22,290 nucleotides of DNA from Nannocystales bacterium (lineage in GTDB: Bacteria > Myxococcota_A > Polyangia > Nannocystales > Nannocystaceae). The stretch is taken from the NCBI GenBank assembly GCA_050633305.1, contig JBOEGF010000046.1, positions 1-22,290 on the forward strand, written 5' to 3'. This document shows positions 1 to 7,958 of the stretch, in pieces; the stretch's first letter is position 1; every line of letters starts with the position of its first letter. Under the pieces are notes generated by a model. That model was not told the DNA's origin. It searched no databases and was given only the letters and a program-made list of their open reading frames with translations. The translations under genes and the position numbers were made by a program.

Positions 1-93
1 CCGTCAAGACGCTCAGGCGTCGGACCGCCCTGGCGCTAGGCCCTCCAGGCGTCAGGCCGTCGAGGCGCCTGGCCATCCAGGCGTTGAGACGTC
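1..93. repeat. Degenerate 8-bp tandem array (11 full units from position 6, probably cut by the window edge); candidate partition centromere/operator
   Basis: In phase from position 6: aagacgct caggcgtc ggaccgcc ctggcgct aggccctc caggcgtc aggccgtc gaggcgcc tggccatc caggcgtt gagacgtc. C is invariant at unit position 5. The array ends about 40 bp upstream of the parA ATG. Confidence 0.65.
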
Positions 94-134
94 AGTTTTT
101 TGGTTTCCTTCTCAGAAGCGGCTATCTGGGTCAC

Positions 135-833
135 ATGGAACGAACCGGACTTGTCGTGACCGTGGCGAGCCAAAAGGGCGGTGCTGGGAAAACCACTCTC
201 GCGACAGGTCTCGCGGCCGCGTGGCGGGCGTCGGGGTTGAAGGTCCTGATCGTGGACGCGGATCCCCAGGATACCGCTTCCTCATGGGCGGCGAAGGCAC
301 CAGAGGGGGAGGGCATCGATGTGATCAGCGTCGAGCAGGGACGTTTGCTCCTGAGGCAGATCCCAAAGCTGTCGGAGGACTACGACCGCATTGTCATCGA
401 CACCCCACCTCGGCTCGGCCCAGAGCAGCGAGGAGCGGTTCTTGTAGCTGATGCGGTTGTCGTTCCAACGTGCTGTGGCGGGTTCGAGGGCGATGCGCTC
501 GGTCCGACGCTCGACTACTTGGATGCGATCACTGCATCGCACCCGGGGACCCCTCCCAAGGTCTTGCTGACACTCAACAAGATGGCGCGGACGCTTCTTT
601 GCGATGCTTTGCGTGCCGACGTGAGAGAGGCGGGGATCACGGTCCTGAGGACCGAGATCCCTCAGCGAGTGCGGATCGCGGAGGCTCAGAGCGCCGGCGT
701 CACCGTCGTGGACTACGAGCCCAAGGATCCCGCTGCACTCAAGTTCCTGCAGCTTGTCAAAGAAATCGAAAACCATGTCTTCGAGAGCGGAGCCGAGAGC
801 TCAGACCCGAAGGCCGATGGTCGAGCAGCTTGA
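135..833 (+). CDS. parA: ParA-family Walker-type partition ATPase (short, type Ib/ParF-like, no N-terminal HTH)
   Basis: Deviant Walker A SQKGGAGKTT, A' motif VDADPQ, Walker B VIDTPP. ATG at 135 is preferred over the TTG at 84. Confidence 0.93.
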   Translation: MERTGLVVTVASQKGGAGKTTLATGLAAAWRASGLKVLIVDADPQDTASSWAAKAPEGEGIDVISVEQGRLLLRQIPKLSEDYDRIVIDTPPRLGPEQRGAVLVADAVVVPTCCGGFEGDALGPTLDYLDAITASHPGTPPKVLLTLNKMARTLLCDALRADVREAGITVLRTEIPQRVRIAEAQSAGVTVVDYEPKDPAALKFLQLVKEIENHVFESGAESSDPKADGRAA

Positions 834-916
834 TTCGGGAAGTAGAAAACCATGTCTTCGAGAGCGGTACCGAGAACTCAGATCCGAAAACCCAAGCCGA
901 CGGTCGAGCAGCTTGA
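762..916 (+). repeat. Diverged tandem duplication (762-833 and 839-916) spanning the parA stop and the partner-gene start
   Basis: gaaatcgaaaaccatgtcttcgagagcggagccgagagctcagacccgaaggccgatggtcgagcagcttga versus gaagtagaaaaccatgtcttcgagagcggtaccgagaactcagatccgaaaacccaagccgacggtcgagcagcttga; copy 2 has a 6-nt insertion. Confidence 0.95.
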
Positions 917-1187
917 AAAGGCCTTCGAGTCCGTCGAGGATGTCTCGCCGGCCCCGCCGTTGGAGGTCGTCGCTCCTCCGTCCGCGGTCGTGCCCAAGCC
1001 CGTTGTTCAGCCGGACAGTGAGCCGAAGAAGAAATCGAAAAAACTAGACACGTCGTCTTCACGGCTGAAGCAAACGCTGTACCTCAGCAAGGAGGTGCGT
1101 CGCGCTCTGAAGCTGCGGGCTGTTGATGAGGAATGCGAGCTGTCGGACCTAGCTGAGCGGGCGCTACGCAAGTTCCTCAAGGTCTAG
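852..1187 (+). CDS. Ribbon-helix-helix centromere-binding partner (ParG/CopG-like)
   Basis: Disordered Pro/Lys-rich N-terminus and a C-terminal RHH pattern RLKQTLYLSKEVRRALKLRAVDEECELSDLAERALRKFL; lies directly downstream of parA. Confidence 0.8.
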   Translation: MSSRAVPRTQIRKPKPTVEQLEKAFESVEDVSPAPPLEVVAPPSAVVPKPVVQPDSEPKKKSKKLDTSSSRLKQTLYLSKEVRRALKLRAVDEECELSDLAERALRKFLKV

Positions 1188-1360
1188 CCGCTCGACTCTC
1201 CTGGAGCCTCGCTCGCGTGCCGGGGGCCGTCGCGTGGTGCGGCGGAGTTAGGCGAGAGAGTCTGCTCGAGCGAGCTTGAGCCCTCTCGGACGAGTGGCGT
1301 CCGTGGTCCCAGGGCCCTCGAACGTTGCGCAACCGAACCCGAAGGCCGCCCCGTCGCCGG

Positions 1361-1378
1361 TCGGCTTCGGTCACGTTC
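1361..1378 (+). other. Half-site of the TTCGGTCACG motif family also seen at 16275 and 17187
   Basis: tcggcttcggtcacg matches the reverse complement of 17211-17225 at 14/15; no partner arm is visible. Confidence 0.4.
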
Positions 1379-1631
1379 TCGACACAGAGAGGCCGTGTGT
1401 TGGTGCCAAGAAAGGGTGCAAGAGAGGCGTTGGCGCTACATCGCTCCACCCTCCTATGAGACCGACCTAGTGCTCCAGGAGCGCCGTTTCGGGCTCCCTC
1501 GCATGTCAGTTTTGAGTCTCCCTGTCGTGCCACGCGAGACTCGGTGGCAGTGGCGCTGGCACGGCGAGTGTTCTCTGGGCCAGACGACGGCGCCCCCATT
1601 GGCAGGCGAGAATATGCCCCTCATGGATATG

Positions 1632-2054
1632 TGAACCGTTCTGAGGCTCGACTCCAGGCCAGTTTCGAGGCCGAATCCGACCGAGCCGCTCGTTCACCAC
1701 CACGATCGCGGGTCGCAATACTTGACGATCTGCAGGACCGACCGTCTCTCCGAGGCGGGCATCGACGGGTCGGCCGGCACGGCCGGTGACTCGTACGGCA
1801 ATGCTCTGGCCAAGGCGGTGATCGGCCTGTTCGAGGCGGAGGCCATTCACCGCTGTGGCGCGTGGCGCAACGCCGGCGAAGTCGACTTCGCCGTCTTGGA
1901 ATGGGTCGACTGGTGGAACAACCGCCGGCTACTCGGGCGGCTTGGCTAGGTGCCTCCACTCAAGCTCGAAAGCAGATACCATCAACTCAACAACACCTCA
2001 TCCGCGGTGCCCGGACTTACGTAAAGAACTCTCCGGAATTTCCGCGGCGGTTCA
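1632..2054 (+). mobile_element. Internally deleted IS3-family element (IS629/IS3411-like ends), 423 bp
   Basis: Starts TGAACCG and ends ...ctctccggaatttccgcggCGGTTCA; 3-bp ATG direct repeats at 1629-1631 and 2055-2057; contains a transposase C-terminus. Confidence 0.85.
1668..2024 (+). pseudogene. IS3-family transposase OrfB C-terminal remnant
   Basis: LVHHHDRGSQYLTICRTDRLSEAGIDGSAGTAGDSYGNALAKAVIGLFEAEAIHRCGAWRNAGEVDFAVLEWVDWWNNRRLLG, then an in-frame TAG at 1947-1949, then VPP...; the catalytic Glu of DNALAE reads K. Confidence 0.9.
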
Positions 2055-2309
2055 ATGAGGCGCCGGAAGCCCCAGCTCAGCGGCTCTGGAGTTCATCGAG
2101 GCGGAGGCTAAGAAGGCGAAGCCCGCTCAAGCAAAAAGACGCAACGGGGCGTCGAAGAAGAAGACAAACGCGAAGCGAGAAGTGCCCCCGCACGGTCAAG
2201 GAAGAGGAAGGAAAGCGCGTCGCCAAACGTCTCTATCTCCCAGGAGACGTCGAGCGAGAACTCGGACTATCTGTCTACGGCAGATAGGTAGCAGCAGTCG
2301 GAGGAACTC

Positions 2310-2345
2310 GCTGCCGCTGCCGCTGCCGCTGCCGCTGCCGCTGCC
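2310..2345. repeat. (GCTGCC)6 microsatellite
   Basis: Six perfect hexamer copies ending 31 bp upstream of the activator ATG. Confidence 0.95.
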
Positions 2346-2376
2346 CTGCGAGAGGCTCCAGAAGAGGAAGACAGTC

Positions 2377-3735
2377 ATGGATGACGAACGACTCACGAGG
2401 ACGATTCACGAGATCCGAAGCCGGCAGGTGCGGGGCCCAAAACCCGAGATGCTCCGGCTCCGAGTCTTTTTTCCCGACGGCGAGAAGACCATCGAGGTGC
2501 AGGGGCCGAAGGTGGTCGTTGGGGCCCACCCAAACTCCGACCTTGCGTTGCAGGCCGAGGGCGTGAGCGCCCTGCATTGCGAGTTTGAGGTGCTTCCGGA
2601 TGGGGCTGCTGTCGTGCGGGATCTTGGGAGCAAGAACGGCACGTCGGTGGCCGATGGGTCGGTTCGGGTGAACGAGGTGCGCTTGCTCCCAGGAGCACGG
2701 GCGAAACTAGGCGAAGTCGTCGTCGAGCTTCTGGGGGTGGATGCCGTCGAGGTCCCGGTTGCGACGACGGATCGCTTTTGCGACTTCTTCGGCGTTGGCG
2801 GGAAGGTTGGGTCGTTGATCGCATCCCTCGAGCTTCAGGCTCCGACCGATCTCTCGGTGCTCGTCGTAGGAGAGTCCGGGACGGGCAAGGAACTGATCGC
2901 CCGAGGTTTGCACGAGCGCTCGTTCCGAAGCTCGGGACCCTTTCAGGTGGTCGATTGCGGAAGCCTGTCCTCCAGCCTCGCTCCGAGTAAGTTGTTCGGA
3001 CACCGAAAGGGGGCCTTCACCGGAGCTTCCGAGTCGAGGCCGGGAGTGTTCGAGGCGGCCGATGGAGGGACGGTTTTTCTCGATGAGATCGGGGAGCTTC
3101 CGTTGGACCTACAGCCGATGCTTCTGCGTGCCCTGGAAGCCAGGACCACATGCAGGGTCGGCGAAGATGAATATCGCGAGTTCGATGCGCGGGTTGTTGC
3201 CGCGACGAACCGAGACCTGCGTCGGGCTGTGAACGAGGGCAAGTTTCGCGAAGACCTCTACTTCCGGCTCGCGCAATCGGTTGTGGCGGTTCCGCCTCTG
3301 CGAGAGCGAGGGGCAGGCAACGTGGCGATGCTGGCGGAGCGGTTTCTGGCCCAGGCCGAGGGGGTCGCGGGGGTCCGGGGTCTTCGGTTCTCGCGAGGTT
3401 CCATCGAGGCGATGGAGCGACATGCATGGACGGGGAACGTCCGGGAGTTGAGGAACGTCGTCGCTCGGGCTGCAGAGCTTGCCGTGAGGACAGGGGCGAC
3501 GACGATCGACGAGGACAGGCTAGCTCTCCAGGGGAAAGGCAGCGTGAGCCGAGACGCAGCGGCGCCGATGTCGTGGGCGCGAGGGATGGCGCTCAAGGAA
3601 GCCAAACTCGAGTTCGAGCGGCGCTTTGTCGCCCTGACCTTCGCGACTTCGGGGAGTCGAGCTGAAGCTCAGCAGCGCATGGGCGTGAGTGCCAGCACTT
3701 TTCACGCCCTGCTCAAGCGCACGGGGGACCGGTGA
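2377..3735 (+). CDS. FHA-domain sigma54-dependent transcriptional activator (enhancer-binding protein, AAA+ with C-terminal Fis-type HTH)
   Basis: FHA-like VVVGAHPNSD..VSALHC..RDLGSKNGT; Walker A GESGTGKE; GAFTGA; Walker B FLDEIGE; FREDLYFRL; WTGNVRELRN. ATG at 2377 has gaggaag upstream. Confidence 0.95.
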   Translation: MDDERLTRTIHEIRSRQVRGPKPEMLRLRVFFPDGEKTIEVQGPKVVVGAHPNSDLALQAEGVSALHCEFEVLPDGAAVVRDLGSKNGTSVADGSVRVNEVRLLPGARAKLGEVVVELLGVDAVEVPVATTDRFCDFFGVGGKVGSLIASLELQAPTDLSVLVVGESGTGKELIARGLHERSFRSSGPFQVVDCGSLSSSLAPSKLFGHRKGAFTGASESRPGVFEAADGGTVFLDEIGELPLDLQPMLLRALEARTTCRVGEDEYREFDARVVAATNRDLRRAVNEGKFREDLYFRLAQSVVAVPPLRERGAGNVAMLAERFLAQAEGVAGVRGLRFSRGSIEAMERHAWTGNVRELRNVVARAAELAVRTGATTIDEDRLALQGKGSVSRDAAAPMSWARGMALKEAKLEFERRFVALTFATSGSRAEAQQRMGVSASTFHALLKRTGDR

Positions 3736-3743
3736 GATGCTCG

Positions 3744-3777
3744 CTCGCTTTTCCGAGTTTCGCCTCGGAAAAGCGAG
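3744..3777. promoter_or_regulatory. Paired CTCG-N6-CGAG boxes forming a perfect 14-bp inverted repeat; candidate enhancer (UAS)
   Basis: ctcgcttttccgag tttcgc ctcggaaaagcgag; the same box pair recurs at 9497-9529. Confidence 0.65.
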
Positions 3778-3810
3778 GCGCTCACGAGTGCAAGTCTCCG
3801 AGGTGTGGTG

Positions 3811-3826
3811 TGGTTCGGTGCTTGCA
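3811..3826 (+). promoter_or_regulatory. sigma54 -24/-12 promoter for the kinase operon
   Basis: TGGTTCGGTGCTTGCA has GG-N10-GC with TTGCA, 26 bp before the ATG at 3853. Confidence 0.6.
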
Positions 3827-3852
3827 CCTCAGTGAGCGCAAGGTGATGGCTC

Positions 3853-5310
3853 ATGTCTGAGGTCCAGTTTGGCCGATACGTCCTCATGGAGCCGCTTGGC
3901 AAAGGAGGGCAGGGGAGGGTGTTCTTGGCTCGGCGCGTGAGCGACCTCGTCGAAGGTTGGCCGGTTGTCATCAAGCTCGCGCATGAATCCGCCGTACACG
4001 ACGAGAGAGAGCGGGCGCGTTTCGTCGAAGAGGCCAAGAACGCGCTTCGGCTCGGAGATGGGCCCGGCATCGTCACGGTGACCGACGTCGACGTCCACGA
4101 CGGGGTTCCTTTCATCGTGATGAACTACGACGATGGGTGCGACCTGCGTCGGGTCATGAGGTACTACCGGGAGACCGAGAAACGGCCGATACCGCTGCCG
4201 TTGGCATGCTCTCTTCTCAGAGATATGGCCGAAGGACTCCATTTCGCACACTTCGGGCGCGAGGTCGGCGGTGTCCCATTAGGGCTCGTGCACCGGGATG
4301 TGAAGCCCGGCAACACCCTGGTTTCCTTTAAGGGGCACGCGAGGTTGCTCGACTTTGGGATCAGCACGACGCGAGCCGATGAGAGGACGGGCCGCACCCA
4401 GTACGGAACGCCTCGCTACATGTCGCAAGACCACTTCTACTGCAAGGTCAACCCGTCGATGGACGTGTACTCGCTCGCCGTGCTTGCGTGGGAGATGCTC
4501 GAAGGGAGGACGTTCAGGGATGGCCAGGAAGGGTTCTCTGGAGACTTCCCCTGGGCTGTCATCAATCTCGAGCCCCCGCCGATGCGTCGCGAGGGACTGC
4601 CGCCAGACATCGTTGGGCTGATCAGCGCTGGGTTGGCTCCGTCCGCTCGGCCGAGCGCCCAGGAGTTCATGACGGTCGTCCATCGCCACGTGCAAAAAGA
4701 GCGGCGGAAGCAGGTTAAGTCAATGGTCCAGACCGTGCTTGGGCGTCGAGCTCGGACGCACCACACGCGGTACATGGAGATCCCAGAGGCTCTTCGAGAG
4801 GGAGAGGGGGGAGGTGAGGGTCCTGGCGACGACGAGGTCACTGTCGCCGTTCCGTCGCAGCCTGAACCGGAAGAGCTGACGATGATGGTGTCAGGCGAAG
4901 ACGAGGCTCGACAGGCGGGTGCCGAGCAGGATGTCCCGAGTTTCTACCGCCGCAAGCGGAACACTCCGTCGGTGGACGTAGTAGAGATGCGGCCGACGGA
5001 GGAGAGCGCCCCGACGGTCGAGGTCACGACGGTGTTGCCGACATCTGAGTCCCGAGGCTGGTCGGCTCGGTCCTCGAGTGCGGATACCGAGGTTCTCCCG
5101 CCTCCACGGGCGACCCCCGTTCGCGTCACGTCACTTGCGCCCGCTGAAAGGGCACAGACTCGACAGATCGCCACCCCTAAACCTGATGTCCTGGCAGAGG
5201 GCAAGCTGTCGGGTCGTGGGCGCTTCGCCGCGTTCCTGATCCTCGGGATGCTTTTGTCATGCGCCGGCGCCGTCGCTGCCTCGTGCTGGCTGCTTGGAGG
5301 GGGCAAATGA
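3853..5310 (+). CDS. Hanks-type Ser/Thr protein kinase with C-terminal membrane anchor
   Basis: GKGGQGRV, VVIK, HRDVKPGN, DFG, GTPRYMSQD, DVYSL; a low-complexity linker and a terminal hydrophobic helix FAAFLILGMLLSCAGAVAASCWLL. Confidence 0.93.
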   Translation: MSEVQFGRYVLMEPLGKGGQGRVFLARRVSDLVEGWPVVIKLAHESAVHDERERARFVEEAKNALRLGDGPGIVTVTDVDVHDGVPFIVMNYDDGCDLRRVMRYYRETEKRPIPLPLACSLLRDMAEGLHFAHFGREVGGVPLGLVHRDVKPGNTLVSFKGHARLLDFGISTTRADERTGRTQYGTPRYMSQDHFYCKVNPSMDVYSLAVLAWEMLEGRTFRDGQEGFSGDFPWAVINLEPPPMRREGLPPDIVGLISAGLAPSARPSAQEFMTVVHRHVQKERRKQVKSMVQTVLGRRARTHHTRYMEIPEALREGEGGGEGPGDDEVTVAVPSQPEPEELTMMVSGEDEARQAGAEQDVPSFYRRKRNTPSVDVVEMRPTEESAPTVEVTTVLPTSESRGWSARSSSADTEVLPPPRATPVRVTSLAPAERAQTRQIATPKPDVLAEGKLSGRGRFAAFLILGMLLSCAGAVAASCWLLGGGK

Positions 5311-7169
5311 GCGAGTCGGGTCCTTTGCTCGTCGACGACGGCGAGCTTCGATTGCCCCCTGGTACGGAGATCGCTGGCGCTGTGGTGCAGGGCGAAATGG
5401 CGCGTGGAGGGATGGCGATTGTCTACCGGGCCCAGCGTGAAGACGGGACAGTGGCGGCGCTCAAGGTTGGAACCGGGGAGGCCGCTAGCCGCCCGGGAGT
5501 TGAGGAGCGCTATCGGAACGAGGAACGCACCGGTGCGCGCCTTCGGCATCCGAACATCGTGCGGCCGATCGCTGTGGGGCGGCTAGACGGACCTGCCGGG
5601 TTCGAGGGCCGAATGTTCCTGCTGACCCAGTACGTAGACGCTCCGTCGCTGTCCCATTTCATGATGTACCACGCTGACGGGGTGCCCCTTGACCAGCTGT
5701 GGGCGATTGGGCGCCAGCTTTCGGGATCCTTGAAGGCGATGCACGACGTGGGGGTCGTCCACCGTGACATCAAGCCGGACAACGTTCTCGTTGGAGACGA
5801 CGGCCACGTGCATGTCATCGACTTTGGGCTCGCGTTCTCGCTGGGAGATGTGCGCGGCGAGCAACGGTCCGAAGAACTCACGCTCGCCGGCGATGCTCCC
5901 GGGACACCTCTGTACATGTCTCCTCAGCAGGCGATGCATAAGCCTGTGTCGAGGAGCTTCGACATCTACGCCTTCGGTGTGCTGCTCTACGAGATGTGTT
6001 GTGGAAGTGCTCCGCATGACCATCTACCTCCGTGTGAGATCGCGGCAGCGAGGAGTGACGAGAAATCGAAGCCTTTGTCTCTGACGATCATGGCTCCGAG
6101 AGTGCCCGCGTCGCTGGTGGGGCTGATCGAGCGCTGTATGGCCTATGACCCTGAGCAGAGGCCGACCGCCGAGGAGGTATTCGCGTTCTTCGGGGAGGAG
6201 AATCCCGAAGAGAGAACGACAGCTCCTGAGCTGCGAGTTGTCAGCCCTCCCGCCGAGTTGAGCGGGACCCCGGACCCTGCGGCGCAGGCACGGCATCCGC
6301 CGGTTGTTGCAGAAGGCGCTCGCGAAGCGGGCGATCAGACGATGGCGAAGCTCGTGCGTGATGGTGTCGGGATGCCATCGGTCGGACGACTTCGTGCTGA
6401 ACTCGCGAAAGTCGATGACCGCATGATCGTGTCCAAGGCGCAGGCCCACGCTGCGCTCGGACATCCCGTGTCAGCAGGAAAGCCGAGCAGCACAGAGGCG
6501 GTGAGGGAGTATCCCGTGCTCCCGGATGGTGAGCCGGGTGAAGAGGCGGACGAGTCGCTAGGCTCGTGGTTGGCGGTGGCGTTGCTCGTATTCGTGTCAG
6601 TTGTCGCGCTTACAGGTTGGATTCTGCTAAGGGATAGGGGGGGGCCCGAGGATGCTTCGGCTGTTCCCGCTGCGGTTGTGCCTTCCGTAGGTCCGGATGC
6701 GAACGATGCCGTTGTGCCCTTGCTCGATCTGCCGCCCGCTGAGGTACCGGCGCTCTCGCGCGACCTTGGTGTGCCCCAGCGACCGCCAGACCCCGTTGCG
6801 GGGGTCGAGTCCGCGGATTCGTCCCCGTCCCCGTCCCCGTCCCCGTCCCCGTCGAGACGGGACGCGTCCAAGCCGCGAAGAAAGAAGGCGGCTCTCCCCA
6901 CCGTTGCCGATGTTGCGGCCGAAGACACGGAGGCGTGTGTGCAGCGGAGGCAAGCGGCCAAGCGAGCAGCGAAGTCGAATCGCTCTCGCGACGTGCTGCG
7001 TCACACGAAGAGCCAGCGGTGCTGGAAGAAGACCGCGGTCGAGCGTGACTTCCTGCGGACCGTCGCTTTCCACGACCTCGGACAGTTCTCGGCCTGCGAA
7101 CGCGCGGGTCGTGGAAGTGCTCACGCGCAAGCTCGCGCCTACGCCAAACTCTGCGCCTCGAAACTCTAG
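5307..7169 (+). CDS. Transmembrane Ser/Thr protein kinase with an extracytoplasmic Pro-rich linker and Cys-containing tip
   Basis: ARGGMAIVY, AALK, HRDIKPDN, DFG, GTPLYMSPQQ, DIYAFG; TM WLAVALLVFVSVVALTGWILL; ATGA overlap with the upstream kinase. Confidence 0.93.
   Translation: MSESGPLLVDDGELRLPPGTEIAGAVVQGEMARGGMAIVYRAQREDGTVAALKVGTGEAASRPGVEERYRNEERTGARLRHPNIVRPIAVGRLDGPAGFEGRMFLLTQYVDAPSLSHFMMYHADGVPLDQLWAIGRQLSGSLKAMHDVGVVHRDIKPDNVLVGDDGHVHVIDFGLAFSLGDVRGEQRSEELTLAGDAPGTPLYMSPQQAMHKPVSRSFDIYAFGVLLYEMCCGSAPHDHLPPCEIAAARSDEKSKPLSLTIMAPRVPASLVGLIERCMAYDPEQRPTAEEVFAFFGEENPEERTTAPELRVVSPPAELSGTPDPAAQARHPPVVAEGAREAGDQTMAKLVRDGVGMPSVGRLRAELAKVDDRMIVSKAQAHAALGHPVSAGKPSSTEAVREYPVLPDGEPGEEADESLGSWLAVALLVFVSVVALTGWILLRDRGGPEDASAVPAAVVPSVGPDANDAVVPLLDLPPAEVPALSRDLGVPQRPPDPVAGVESADSSPSPSPSPSPSRRDASKPRRKKAALPTVADVAAEDTEACVQRRQAAKRAAKSNRSRDVLRHTKSQRCWKKTAVERDFLRTVAFHDLGQFSACERAGRGSAHAQARAYAKLCASKL
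6821..6850 (+). repeat. (GTCCCC)5 in-frame microsatellite encoding a Ser-Pro run
   Basis: Five perfect hexamers inside kinase 2. Confidence 0.9.
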
Positions 7170-7181
7170 GACCCCCCAGCA

Positions 7182-7955
7182 ATGATCGCTCTGCTCCTTG
7201 CCGCAGCATTCGCCCCCGAAGTCGTCGAAGTCGACGATATTCCCGAGAGCCCCGAGCCCTGCGCTGTGGTGTGGGAGTCCGATGAGTACCCAGACTTCGT
7301 GGAGATCACCGACCCGAGAATCCACCAACGGTGCAGGGACTTGGTCGACACGCTCGGGTTCGAAGGGGACCCGGAGTCGATCGCGATCGAGGTCTCCGGC
7401 GAATTCTTAAAGTTCCAGGTTCGAGTCTCGGTTGCGGAGGGCGAGGCTGTCCTTTATGCGGGAGAGCAGACCGAGGTCTGCGAGTGCGGTGCCAACGAGC
7501 TGACGACGCTTGCCATGAAGGAGGTCGTCGCTGCTCTGAAGGCGCTCGAAGAAACAGCCGAGAACGAGGAATCTGGCGATTCGAGCGAGGCGGGCACCCA
7601 GAGCGCGGTCGACGAAAAACCGGACCCACAGACCAAGGTACCCAAGCACGCGCTCCGATGGGTCGGCGTTGGCGTGGGTGTGGCCGGGTTGGGTGTTGGG
7701 ATCACAGGCGGAGGGCTCATGCCTCGCGAGAAAACCGAGCGACGTTTCGATGGCGAGAGGGTCGGGACCGAGCTTGTCCGCAAGCACCCCCTTCCGCTGA
7801 CGGCCACTCTCGTGGGGGTCGGGGCGGCGGGCGTCGTTGCGGGGGTCGCGATGATCGTCATCGACGCGAAACGCTCGAGGGACCCCAAACGAACATCCTT
7901 TTCGCCGACATTCGGCACCCAACACGTCGGTTTTTCGCTGACCGGAAAGTTCTAA
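7182..7955 (+). CDS. Exported protein with two Gly-rich hydrophobic segments and a C-terminal Phe-ending strand (myxobacterial-type membrane-anchored protein)
   Basis: Short signal-like MIALLLAAAFAP; WVGVGVGVAGLGVGITGGGL and LVGVGAAGVVAGVAMIVI; ends VGFSLTGKF. Confidence 0.75.
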   Translation: MIALLLAAAFAPEVVEVDDIPESPEPCAVVWESDEYPDFVEITDPRIHQRCRDLVDTLGFEGDPESIAIEVSGEFLKFQVRVSVAEGEAVLYAGEQTEVCECGANELTTLAMKEVVAALKALEETAENEESGDSSEAGTQSAVDEKPDPQTKVPKHALRWVGVGVGVAGLGVGITGGGLMPREKTERRFDGERVGTELVRKHPLPLTATLVGVGAAGVVAGVAMIVIDAKRSRDPKRTSFSPTFGTQHVGFSLTGKF

Positions 7956-7958
7956 ACC

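Larger units (their letters stand above)
1614..2384 (+). pseudogene. Decayed second RHH (ParG-like) gene interrupted by the mini-IS3
   Basis: Fragments in shifting frames: MPLMDM|RRRKPQLSG, LEFIEAEAKKAKPAQAK..., KRVAKRLYLPGDVERELGL, EEL(A)12LREAPEEEDSHG*. These resemble the 852-1187 RHH. The final TGA overlaps the ATG at 2377. Confidence 0.5.

Noticed and set aside
84..134. TTG start for parA
   Set aside because: It lies within the repeat array; ParA homology begins after the ATG at 135.
1557..1572. TGGCACG as a sigma54 promoter
   Set aside because: Perfect -24 box, but the -12 position reads GT rather than GC; at best decayed.
2182..2376. N-terminal extension of the activator ORF
   Set aside because: Off-frame read of the RHH remnant and microsatellite.
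3744..3777. Intrinsic terminator for the activator gene
   Set aside because: No U-tract, and the arm recurs at 9497 and 9516 as direct repeats, which favours protein-binding sites; an RNA hairpin role is not excluded.
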